Source: an uncultured Gemmatimonadales bacterium
GTDB taxonomy: Bacteria; Gemmatimonadota; Gemmatimonadetes; Gemmatimonadales; GWC2-71-9
NCBI GenBank assembly: GCA_963812755.1
Contig: CAWEWK010000010.1
Coordinates: 107,872-171,871 of the forward strand
Length of the DNA: 64,000 nt
Reading direction: 5' to 3'
In this document: in pieces, positions 28,842 to 37,311 of the stretch
Layout: each line of letters opens with the position of its first letter
Position numbering within the stretch: the first letter of the stretch is position 1
Notes under the pieces: model-generated
Databases searched by the model: none
The model's input: the letters and a program-made list of their open reading frames with translations, nothing else
Told to the model about the DNA's origin: nothing
Translations under genes and position numbers: made by a program

Positions 28842-30100
28842 GCGCTTTGCGTCCCCTCGCCGCGCTGTCCCGCATGCTGGAAGGCGCCGCGATCGCCATC
28901 GATTCCCTGCGGTCCAATAAGGTTCGCGCCACGCTGACCATTCTCGGCGTCGCGATCGGAGTGACGGTGGTGATCGCGATGGGCTCGGCCATCACCGGGA
29001 TCAACCGGAGCATCACCGCCATCCTGGAATCGGCCGGCCCCAAGACGTTTTATGTCTTCCGCTACTTCTCGGGCGGTCTGGAGGTGTCCGATGGCTCCGA
29101 CGAGCTGTCACCCTGGCGAAGGATGCCGGAGCTCACCGTGGACGAGGCCGAGCTGATCCGAGCCTTGCCGGGCGTCCGGGAGGTGAACATCGGCGAGTAT
29201 GCCTCGGGTCCGGTGAGCTCCGGCGACGTGAGCCTCCACAGCGTGGACGTGGCCGGGTTCAGTCCCACCTGGCCCCAGGTGAACGGCGGCGAAATCCTGG
29301 CCGGCCGCAACTTTACCCCGGTGGAGTACGCCGCCGGCGCTCGGGTGGCCGTGATCAACGACAAGCTGGCGGAGTCGCTCTTTCCCGGGCTGGACCCGGT
29401 TGGAAAGCGGATCAAGGTCTTCGGACAGCCGTTCGACGTGGTCGGGATGCACGCGGAAGCCGCGTCCCTGTTCGGCAACGCCGACGAGCCGCGGCTGGCG
29501 ATACCGCACACCACGTTCACCAAGGTGGCGGACTACTGGCGGGGGTGGCTGGAGATCGCGGTCGTGCCCACCGAGTCGGCGACCGTGGCGAAGGCGCAGG
29601 ACGAGGTAACGGCGGCCCTTCGCAGCAAGCGAGGGCTGCATCCCGCGGAGGAGAACAACTTTGCCCTGGTGACCCAGGACCGGGTGCTCGACGCGTTCAA
29701 CCAGGTGACCGCCGGATTCTTCGTCGCCATGATCGCCCTCTCCAGCGTGGGCTTGATGGTCGGCGGCGTCGGGGTGGTGGCCATCATGATGATCTCGGTC
29801 ACCGAGCGGACCCGGGAGATCGGGGTCCGCAAGGCGCTGGGTGCCACGCGAGGTGAGATCATGTTTCAGTTCCTGGTCGAAGCGGCCACCCTCACGTTGG
29901 TCGGCTGCCTCATCGGGATGGCCGTCGGCGCGCTCATCGCCTGGGCTATCCGGTCCTTCTCGCCGATTCCGGCGGCGGTGCCCCTGGCCTCGGTGATCGC
30001 GGCCGTGGTGGCGTCGATTTTGACGGGCGTGCTCTTTGGTCTCTATCCAGCGAGCAAGGCATCGAGGCTGGACCCGGTAGAGGCGCTGCGGTACGAGTAG
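28838..30100 (+). CDS. ABC transporter permease, FtsX/MacB type (paralog class B, copy 1)
   Basis: AGPKTFYVFRYF. ALSSVGLMVGGVGVVAIMMISVTERTREIGVRKALGATRGEIMFQFLVEAATLTL. LDPVEALRYE. ATGA overlap with the preceding gene. Confidence 0.9.
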   Translation: MSALRPLAALSRMLEGAAIAIDSLRSNKVRATLTILGVAIGVTVVIAMGSAITGINRSITAILESAGPKTFYVFRYFSGGLEVSDGSDELSPWRRMPELTVDEAELIRALPGVREVNIGEYASGPVSSGDVSLHSVDVAGFSPTWPQVNGGEILAGRNFTPVEYAAGARVAVINDKLAESLFPGLDPVGKRIKVFGQPFDVVGMHAEAASLFGNADEPRLAIPHTTFTKVADYWRGWLEIAVVPTESATVAKAQDEVTAALRSKRGLHPAEENNFALVTQDRVLDAFNQVTAGFFVAMIALSSVGLMVGGVGVVAIMMISVTERTREIGVRKALGATRGEIMFQFLVEAATLTLVGCLIGMAVGALIAWAIRSFSPIPAAVPLASVIAAVVASILTGVLFGLYPASKASRLDPVEALRYE

Positions 30101-30148
30101 TCTCCCTCCACTGCGGCGGGAGCGCTAATCCGGCTACATTATCCTCCC

Positions 30149-31393
30149 ATGCCGCTCTCCGAGGCCCTACGCCTGGCAATCCAGGCCATCTGGTCCAGCA
30201 AGCTCCGCTCCTTCTTCACTCTGCTCGGCATCATCGTCAGCGTCGCCTTTCTGGTCATGGTGGTGGCCATCATCCAGGGCATGAACGCCTACGTCCGGGA
30301 GAACATCACCGGCGCGCTGATCGGCACCAACGCCTTTCAGGTGCGGCGCACGCCGATCAACGTGGGCCTGATGGACGACGCCGAGGTGCGGGCCATCAAC
30401 AAACGGCCGCTCATCACGGTCCGGGACGCCGAGGTGGTTCAGCGGGCAGTGCCCGACGCGCAGGCGGTGTCGCTGCAGTCGGGATGGCCGACCCCGGTCA
30501 GCACGGTCAGCTTCCGCAACCGGCTGGTAGAGAACGTGGTCGTTTTCGGGGTCACCCCGCCCTACCAGGTGGTGCAGGACTACCGCTTCGCCGTGGGGGA
30601 GCCGCTCGCCGACCCGGACGTGCGCGAGCGACGCGCGGTCGTGATTCTGGGCTACGACGTCGCCGATCGACTGTTCGATGACCCGGCGATGGCGGTCGGA
30701 CACAAGGTTCGTGTCGCCGGGAGCGAAGTCCAGGTAAAGGGGGTGATCGCCAAGAAGGGTCGGGTCCTGGGCCAATCCTTCGACACCTTCGTGCTGCTGC
30801 CGTTCAGCACCTTCGAGTCGATGTACGGCCGGCGGAAGACCACGGTGGTTTCGGTGAAGATGGGGAATGCTGAGGCGATCGACGGCGCCATGGCGAGGGC
30901 GGAGGAGGCCATGCGGCTGGCCCACCGGCTTCGACCGGGCGAGCCGAACGACTTCACGGTGGACAAGGCGAGCGCCCTGGTGTCCTTCTGGCGGAACCTC
31001 ACCCGCATCCTCTTTACCGCCATTCCCGCCGTGGTCTGCATCGGGATCGTCGTGGGTGGCATCGTGATCATGAACATCATGCTCATGACGGTGAACGAAC
31101 GGGTGCACGAGATCGGGATTCGGAAGTCGGTAGGAGCAACCCGGCGGGACATTCGCCGGCAGTTCCTGGTGGAGGCGGTCGCGCTCGCGTCCTTGGGCGG
31201 AGTCGTCGGGGTACTGGTGGGCTGGGGCGCTGCGACGTTGGTGGCGACGGTGAGTCCCTTGCCTGCACGAGTGACGCTGTGGTCGGTGGGGATTGCGATG
31301 GCGCTGGGTGCCGGCGCCGGAGTGTTGTTCGGGGTATACCCGGCCACCCGGGCGGCGCGGTTGGACCCGATCAACGCGCTCCGGGCGGAGTAG
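30149..31393 (+). CDS. ABC transporter permease, FtsX/MacB type (paralog class A, copy 2)
   Basis: MPLSEALRLAIQAIWSSKLRSFFT. VVGGIVIMNIMLMTVNERVHEIGIRKSVGA. LDPINALRAE. Closest in motif content to 27600-28841. Confidence 0.9.
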   Translation: MPLSEALRLAIQAIWSSKLRSFFTLLGIIVSVAFLVMVVAIIQGMNAYVRENITGALIGTNAFQVRRTPINVGLMDDAEVRAINKRPLITVRDAEVVQRAVPDAQAVSLQSGWPTPVSTVSFRNRLVENVVVFGVTPPYQVVQDYRFAVGEPLADPDVRERRAVVILGYDVADRLFDDPAMAVGHKVRVAGSEVQVKGVIAKKGRVLGQSFDTFVLLPFSTFESMYGRRKTTVVSVKMGNAEAIDGAMARAEEAMRLAHRLRPGEPNDFTVDKASALVSFWRNLTRILFTAIPAVVCIGIVVGGIVIMNIMLMTVNERVHEIGIRKSVGATRRDIRRQFLVEAVALASLGGVVGVLVGWGAATLVATVSPLPARVTLWSVGIAMALGAGAGVLFGVYPATRAARLDPINALRAE

Positions 31394-31401
31394 GAGCACC
31401 G

Positions 31402-32646
31402 GTGCGGCTCCACGTTCCCAATCTGCTGGAAGGAATCCTGATCGCCCTCGGCGCCATGCGCGCCAATAAGCTGCGCTCGGCCCTCACCGTCCTCGGCGTG
31501 GTGATCGGAGTGGCCACGGTAATGACGGTGGCCTCCATGGTGCAGGGCATCCGGACCCAATTGTTCAACGCCATCGAGGTGGCCGGACCGCAGGTCTTCT
31601 ACATCCTCCGCTTCTTCACCCAAACCCCTCTGGATCCTGACCGGCTGCCTTACGAGCTGCGCATCAGGCCGATCCTGTCGGCCACTGACGCGAGAGCGGT
31701 GCGGACTGTGCCCGAGATCGCCTACGCCCAACTCTGGCTGCAGATCTTCGCCCGGCTGGAGGTGGCCGGGATCAGAACCCAGACGATGATCGTTTACGCC
31801 GGCGACGACCAGTTCATGGAGATCCTGGGCGGCACGCTGCTCCGGGGCCGGCTCTTCACCCGGGCGGAGCTGACCGGAGAGAACGTGATCGTGCTCGAAG
31901 AGCAAGCGGCCGACCGCCTGTTCGGCCAACTGGATCCCATCGGCCAAGTCGTCCGAGCCAACGGCCAGCCGCTGCGAGTCATCGGCATCTATCAGAAGCC
32001 GGCCAACATCTTCGAACCTCCGGGCCAGCAGAACGCCGGCGCCATTCCCTTCCTGACCGCCCGGGAGAAGTTTCGCTATAACGAGACTTACGACCTCTTC
32101 ATCGCCGCCAAGGCCAAGGCCGGCGTTCCGATCCCTCTGGCCAAGGACGCGGTTACGGCAGCGCTCCGGCGAACTCGCAATCTCCGGCCCGAGACTCCCA
32201 ATACCTTCGACCTGGTCACCCAGGACCAGATCCTCGACGTCCTGGGGAGGTTCACCAACTACTTCTTCCTGGCCATGGTCGCGCTGTCCAGCGTGGCTCT
32301 CATGGTGGGCGGCATCGGCGTCATGGCAATCATGATGGTTTCGGTGACCGATCGCACCCGGGAGATCGGGCTCCGCAAGGCGATCGGCGCCACCCGAGGC
32401 GAAATTCTCTGGCAGTTCCTGGTCGAAGCGGCGACGCTGACCCTGTTGGGAGGACTGCTGGGTATCGCGGTGGGACTGGTGGCGGGCGAGGCGCTCAAGT
32501 ATGCGATGTCGATCGACTCCGCAGTTCCCCTCTGGAGTGCCCTGCTCGCTTGCGGGGTCAGCATCGGGATCGGGCTGCTTTTCGGGCTCTACCCGGCCAA
32601 CCGCGCGGCCCGGATGGACCCGGTGGAGGCGTTGAGGCACGAGTAA
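31402..32646 (+). CDS. ABC transporter permease, FtsX/MacB type (paralog class B, copy 2)
   Basis: GTG 31402 (VRLHVPNLLEGILIALGAMRANKLRS). AGPQVFYILRFF. ALSSVALMVGGIGVMAIMMVSVTDRTREIGLRKAIGATRGEILWQFLVEAATLTL. Closest to 28838-30100. Confidence 0.85.
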   Translation: MRLHVPNLLEGILIALGAMRANKLRSALTVLGVVIGVATVMTVASMVQGIRTQLFNAIEVAGPQVFYILRFFTQTPLDPDRLPYELRIRPILSATDARAVRTVPEIAYAQLWLQIFARLEVAGIRTQTMIVYAGDDQFMEILGGTLLRGRLFTRAELTGENVIVLEEQAADRLFGQLDPIGQVVRANGQPLRVIGIYQKPANIFEPPGQQNAGAIPFLTAREKFRYNETYDLFIAAKAKAGVPIPLAKDAVTAALRRTRNLRPETPNTFDLVTQDQILDVLGRFTNYFFLAMVALSSVALMVGGIGVMAIMMVSVTDRTREIGLRKAIGATRGEILWQFLVEAATLTLLGGLLGIAVGLVAGEALKYAMSIDSAVPLWSALLACGVSIGIGLLFGLYPANRAARMDPVEALRHE

Positions 32647-32650
32647 GAGA

Positions 32651-32739
32651 GGCTATCGGCTATCAGCTATCGGCTTCGGACTGCTAAAAGGTCATGAGCC
32701 GATAGCTGATAGCGCCATAGCCGATAGCTGTCCATAGCC
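32651..32739. repeat. heptad-repeat hairpin element, copy 3
   Basis: Left arm GGCTATC GGCTATC AGCTATC GGC. About 22-nt loop. Right arm GCCGATAGCTGATAGC followed by extra GCCATAGCC GATAGCT GTCCATAGCC units. Confidence 0.9.
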
Positions 32740-32793
32740 TCGTGTGCAACCCCACCCTCCAATCGCATCTCCCGGACTCCCCAAGGAGGACGG

Positions 32794-33672
32794 ATGAGAG
32801 CCACCTGGCTGATGATCGTCGGCCTGTTGCAGGCCGGAGTGTGGGCGTGCAGGACGGAAGCACCGAAGGACGCGCCGGCCGAAGGCAAGGCCGCGGGCGG
32901 CCGAACCGCTGAAGCCGCCTTGAGCAACTACGCGCCGACCTCACCCGCCGTGGCGAGCGACCGCGAGCAGTCGGAGGAGGTGGCTCGCTCCCCAGCGGCC
33001 GCCCGACCACTCGATGCGACCACACCGGCCATGATCGTCAGGACCGGCAACGCCAGCATCCAGGTGGATTCGCTGGAGCCCGCCATCACCGAGGTTCGCC
33101 GACTGGCTCAGCGACTCGGTGGCTACATCGCCAACACCGCGCTTCAGGCGGGCCGGGAGCAGTTGCGGCAGGCTACCCTCGAGATCAAGACGCCGGCCGA
33201 GCGGTTTGATGACCTCACGGCAGGGCTCCGTCCGCTGGGCCGGGTGGAATACATCAACGTGACCGCGGAGGACGTGGGCGAGGAGTTCGTGGACCTCACG
33301 GCACGCGCCGCCAACGGACGCCGGCTGGAAGAACGGCTCATCGAGCTGCTGGGCAGCCGGACCGGAAAGCTCAAGGACGTACTCGAGGTCGAGCGCGAGC
33401 TGGCCCGGGTCCGGGAAGAGATCGAGCGACTGGACGGACGGCTCCGGTACCTGCGTACTCGGGCCGCGATGAGCACGTTGTCGGTGACGGTACACGAGCC
33501 GCCGCCCCTGGTCTCGCCTCCCGGCGGCAGTCCCATCGCCGACGCGTTCCGCCAGGCCTGGCGCAATTTCGTGGGATTGCTCGCCGGTGTCATCGCGTCT
33601 TTGGGAATCGTGGTTCCGGTGGCGGCGGCAGCATGGGGGGCGGTATTGTTGATCAAGTGGGTCAAGAGATAA
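32794..33672 (+). CDS. DUF4349 domain-containing lipoprotein
   Basis: Lipobox GVWAC. Central coiled coil (EVERELARVREEIERLDGRLRYL). C-terminal TM pair. Architecture typical of DUF4349. Confidence 0.7.
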   Translation: MRATWLMIVGLLQAGVWACRTEAPKDAPAEGKAAGGRTAEAALSNYAPTSPAVASDREQSEEVARSPAAARPLDATTPAMIVRTGNASIQVDSLEPAITEVRRLAQRLGGYIANTALQAGREQLRQATLEIKTPAERFDDLTAGLRPLGRVEYINVTAEDVGEEFVDLTARAANGRRLEERLIELLGSRTGKLKDVLEVERELARVREEIERLDGRLRYLRTRAAMSTLSVTVHEPPPLVSPPGGSPIADAFRQAWRNFVGLLAGVIASLGIVVPVAAAAWGAVLLIKWVKR

Positions 33673-33696
33673 TGGCGCAAGCTTACCTGGACTCCC

Positions 33697-34413
33697 ATGG
33701 CCATCGAGATCCTCGCCATCGCCGCCCATCGAGACGACGTCGAGCTCACCTGCGCTGGGACCCTGCTCAAGGCGGGCGATGCCGGGCATCGGACCGCGAT
33801 TCTCGATTTGACCGCGGGCGAGTCGGGAAGCCGGGGGAGCGCCGAGCTCCGCGCGGAGGAGGCGGCTAGGGCCGCGAAGATTCTGGGCGTCGTCGAGCGG
33901 CGCAATGCCGGATTCCCCGACGCGCACATCCAGAACAACGACGACACTCGGCGGACGTTGGTAGAACACATCCGCCACTTCGCGCCTCGAGTGGTGATCC
34001 TGCCTTTTCCGGTAGGACGGCACCCGGACCACCGGCTGACCGCGGAGCTCGGCCGCGACGCCTGCTATCTCTCGGGGCTCGCCAAGTATCCCGCGCCAGG
34101 CGCCCCTCACCGGCCTCACAAGATTCTCTACGCGCTGTCCTATCGCGAAGACCCACTCAAGCCGACGTTCGTGGTGGATATCAGCGCGCAATTCGACCGC
34201 AAGTTGGCAGCGATCCGCTGCTATGCCAGCCAGTTCGACGGCGCCACTGCGGCGGGCGAGATCTTTCCCACCGGCCAGGACCTCTACTCCCTGGTCGAAA
34301 CCCAGAACGCCCACTACGGCTCCCTGATCCGGACCCGGTACGGCGAGCCCTTCTACACCCACGAGACCATGGCAGTGGACGATGTCGTGGGGTTGGGGGT
34401 GCAGAGTATGTGA
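33697..34413 (+). CDS. bshB1: PIG-L/LmbE family deacetylase, BshB1-like
   Basis: ILAIAAHRDDVELTCAGTLLK, DLTAGESGSRGSAELRAEEA and HPDH motifs, collinear with bacillithiol deacetylase BshB1 as I recall it. Confidence 0.7.
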   Translation: MAIEILAIAAHRDDVELTCAGTLLKAGDAGHRTAILDLTAGESGSRGSAELRAEEAARAAKILGVVERRNAGFPDAHIQNNDDTRRTLVEHIRHFAPRVVILPFPVGRHPDHRLTAELGRDACYLSGLAKYPAPGAPHRPHKILYALSYREDPLKPTFVVDISAQFDRKLAAIRCYASQFDGATAAGEIFPTGQDLYSLVETQNAHYGSLIRTRYGEPFYTHETMAVDDVVGLGVQSM

Positions 34414-34418
34414 AGGGA

Positions 34419-34534
34419 AGCTATCAGCTATCGGCTATCGGCTACCCGCTACTTGCACGGATCGCTGGCACCTGGTTTGGGGACCGAAGCCCGATCTCTA
34501 GTTGCGGATAGCCGATAGCTGATAGCCGATAGCT
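34419..34534. repeat. heptad-repeat hairpin element, copy 4 (largest)
   Basis: Left arm AGCTATC AGCTATC GGCTATC GGCTACC CGC. 54-nt loop. Right arm GCG GATAGCC GATAGCT GATAGCC GATAGCT. 31-nt arms with 2 mismatches at the R positions plus one T/C substitution. Confidence 0.9.
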
Positions 34535-34558
34535 TGCAGCCCCCTTACTTTTCCCCTC

Positions 34559-35803
34559 ATGCACCCGCCAGTCTATCTCGACCACGCCGCCACCACGCCG
34601 GTTCGTCCCGAGGTGTTGGAGGCGATGTTGCCCTATCTCACCGACCAGGCGTTCGGAAACCCTTCGAGCTCCCACCGATACGGGCGCACCGCCCGGGCCG
34701 GTATCGAGCAGGCCCGGAAAGAGATAGCCCACGCGGTGGGGGCCGAGCCGAACCAGGTGGTGTTTACCTCGGGTGGAACCGAGGCCGACAATCTGGGCAT
34801 CGTGGGGGCCGCGCTGGCGGCTCGCGAGCGCGGTGCAAACATGTGCGCGGCGGTGAGCGCGATCGAGCACAAGGCCATTCTGGCCGCGGCCCATGCCGTC
34901 TGCCATCTCGGCGGCCGGGAGGTCATCCTGCCGGTGAACCGCGACGGCCACCTCGATCTGGACCAGCTCGACCGGGCGCTCCAGGAGCGCCCGGCGGTGG
35001 TGTCCGTCATGTGGGTGAACAACGAGGTCGGGGTCATCCAGCGGCTTCCGGAGATCGCCGGCCGATGCCACGAAGCCGGCGTCACCTTCCATACCGATGC
35101 GGTTCAGGCCTTTGGCAAGCTGCCACTTTCGGTGCGCGAGCTTCCGTGCCCTTTGCTGACGATCTCGGGACACAAGATCGGCGCGCCCAAGGGCATCGGC
35201 GCATTGATCGTGCGCGACCGGAAGGCGATCGAGGCAATCATCCACGGAGGCGGGCAGCAGTACGGCATCCGGCCGGGTACCGAGAACGTGGCGGGCGCCG
35301 TGGCGCTGGGGCGGGCGGCGCTCCTTGCCGCGCAGGAACAGGCAGAGGAGTCACCCAGGCTCCGGCTCTTGCGCGATGAGCTGGCGGCACGACTCAAGGC
35401 CGGTGTGCCCGAACTCGTGGTCATCGCCGAATCCAGCGAGCGGGCTCCCCACGTGCTCAACGTCGCGGTGTCGGGAGCGGACAGTGAGGCGCTCCTCATG
35501 CACCTGGATCTGGCCGGTGTGGCCGCTTCGAGCGGGTCCGCCTGTTCCACCGGGTCAGTGGAGGCGTCTCACGTCCTCATCGCCATGGGCATTTCTCGCG
35601 AGCTCGCGCTGGGGGCGATTCGCTTCAGCCTGGGCCACCAAAGCACGGGGGCCGACATCGAGCGGGTGGCGGAGGTGATGCCCGCGGTGGTGGCCAAGGT
35701 GCGGAAGCTGGCCGGCATTCTGGGTCGCGACCATCGTCGGGCCGATGCCCCGCCGAACGCCGCCGGCTCCACGTCACTTGGCTCGGCCGAGGTGGCGCAG
35801 TGA
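34559..35803 (+). CDS. cysteine desulfurase (NifS/IscS family, PLP-dependent)
   Basis: [23 protein letters not shown]-Lys context [15 protein letters not shown], and active-site loop SSGSACS. Confidence 0.9.
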   Translation: MHPPVYLDHAATTPVRPEVLEAMLPYLTDQAFGNPSSSHRYGRTARAGIEQARKEIAHAVGAEPNQVVFTSGGTEADNLGIVGAALAARERGANMCAAVSAIEHKAILAAAHAVCHLGGREVILPVNRDGHLDLDQLDRALQERPAVVSVMWVNNEVGVIQRLPEIAGRCHEAGVTFHTDAVQAFGKLPLSVRELPCPLLTISGHKIGAPKGIGALIVRDRKAIEAIIHGGGQQYGIRPGTENVAGAVALGRAALLAAQEQAEESPRLRLLRDELAARLKAGVPELVVIAESSERAPHVLNVAVSGADSEALLMHLDLAGVAASSGSACSTGSVEASHVLIAMGISRELALGAIRFSLGHQSTGADIERVAEVMPAVVAKVRKLAGILGRDHRRADAPPNAAGSTSLGSAEVAQ

Positions 35804-36858
35804 GCCGGCGGGTGCTGGTGGCGATGTCGGGCGGGGTGGACAGCTCGGTAGCCGCGGCCCGCCTGGTGGATCAGGGGTACGACGTGGTCGGCGCCACCAT
35901 GAAGCTGTTCTGCTACGGCGACTCGGTGCCGGACCGTCCCTGCTGCTCGCTGGACTCCATCAATGACGCGAGAGACGTGGCCCACGCGCTGGGTATTCCG
36001 CACTACGTGCTGAACCTGGAGGATCGGTTCAACCTGCACGTGATCCAGAATTTCGTGAGCGAGTACAGCCGTGGGCGTACTCCCATCCCCTGCGTGCGGT
36101 GCAACTCGTTCACCAAGTTCCGCGACCTCCTGGCCCACGCCGATGCCCTCGAGTGCGACTACATCGCCACCGGGCATTACGCGGTCGCCCGCGAGGGCGC
36201 GCTCTACCGCGGGCAGGATCGGGCCAAGGACCAGAGCTACTTCCTCTGGGGCATCGATCGACAAGTCGTGGCCCGAATGCTTACTCCGGTCGGGCAGATG
36301 TCCAAGGCGGAGACTCGCGCGATCGCACGGCGGCTGGGGCTGGTGACCGCGAACAAGCCGGAGTCGGTCGAGATCTGCTTCGTGCCCGACGACAATTACG
36401 TGGGAGTCCTGGAGCGCCACCTCCCGGCTGATGCTCCGGCATTGGCACCCGGCCCGCTGGTCACGACCTCGGGGGAAGTCGTCGGCGAGCATCGTGGCTA
36501 CGCCCGCTACACCATCGGGCAGCGAAGAGGATTGCCGGGTGGCCAAGATCAGCCCCGCTATGTGGTCGCGATCCATCCGGAACGGCGGGAGGTCGTGGTG
36601 GGAAGCGCGGATGAGCTGGGCGGGCGCCGCGTGCGCCTGGAGGAGATCAACTGGTTGGCCGAGCCGTTGGCGGTCGGCGAGCACTGCGAAGTGCAGATCC
36701 GGCATCGCGCGGCCGGAGCGCCGGCTATCGTCGCCTCGCGCGACGATAAGACCGTGGAACTGACGCTGAGCGCGCCGCTCCGGGCGATCACCCCCGGACA
36801 GTCGGGCGTGCTCTACGGAACTGGGGGACGGGTTCTGGGTGGTGGCGTAATCACCTGA
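35800..36858 (+). CDS. mnmA: tRNA 2-thiouridine(34) synthase MnmA
   Basis: PP-loop [43 protein letters not shown] overlap with the desulfurase gene. Confidence 0.9.
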   Translation: MSRRVLVAMSGGVDSSVAAARLVDQGYDVVGATMKLFCYGDSVPDRPCCSLDSINDARDVAHALGIPHYVLNLEDRFNLHVIQNFVSEYSRGRTPIPCVRCNSFTKFRDLLAHADALECDYIATGHYAVAREGALYRGQDRAKDQSYFLWGIDRQVVARMLTPVGQMSKAETRAIARRLGLVTANKPESVEICFVPDDNYVGVLERHLPADAPALAPGPLVTTSGEVVGEHRGYARYTIGQRRGLPGGQDQPRYVVAIHPERREVVVGSADELGGRRVRLEEINWLAEPLAVGEHCEVQIRHRAAGAPAIVASRDDKTVELTLSAPLRAITPGQSGVLYGTGGRVLGGGVIT

Positions 36859-36873
36859 GGCGGGGATCGTCCG

Positions 36874-37242
36874 ATGCGCTCGGTCCTGCTGCACTGGATT
36901 TTCAACGCTGCCGCACTTTGGGTTGCTGCGTACTTCCTGCCCGGGCTGAGCTTTACCGGCGGCCTGCTTCAGCTGTTTCTGGTTGCGGCCGTCTTCGGCA
37001 TCGTCAACAGCCTGGTGAGGCCGATGCTGACGGTGCTCACCTGCCCGCTGATCGTCTTGACCCTGGGACTGTTTTCGCTGGTCATCAACGCCCTCATGTT
37101 GCTGATCACCGGCTGGCTTTCTTCCTCTTGGAATCTCGGCTTCTCCGTGAGCGGTTTCTGGGCCGCCTTCTGGGGCGGACTCGTGGTCGGCGTGGTAAGC
37201 ATGATTTTGTCCCTGTTTTTTTCCGGCCCCGCGGAGCACTGA
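36874..37242 (+). CDS. phage-holin-4_2 / DUF360 family membrane protein
   Basis: 122 aa, four hydrophobic helices. NAAALWVAAYFLPGLSF..FGIVNSLVRPML pattern typical of the family. Confidence 0.7.
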   Translation: MRSVLLHWIFNAAALWVAAYFLPGLSFTGGLLQLFLVAAVFGIVNSLVRPMLTVLTCPLIVLTLGLFSLVINALMLLITGWLSSSWNLGFSVSGFWAAFWGGLVVGVVSMILSLFFSGPAEH

Positions 37243-37311
37243 TCCGGCCCGTCGTTACGCACCTGTTACACACCGCTCCCGGCCGCGGGTTCGGCGCCTA
37301 GATTATCCCCT

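Noticed and set aside
30167-32640. Two long minus-strand ORFs (30167-31399 and 30652-32640, up to 662 aa)
   Set aside because: They are antisense to the permease genes, which have clear FtsX/MacB motifs. The composition is low-complexity and Arg/His/Pro-rich, so these are shadow ORFs.
35569-37239. 556-aa minus-strand ORF
   Set aside because: It is antisense to mnmA and the DUF360 membrane protein. It has no motifs and shows shadow-frame composition.
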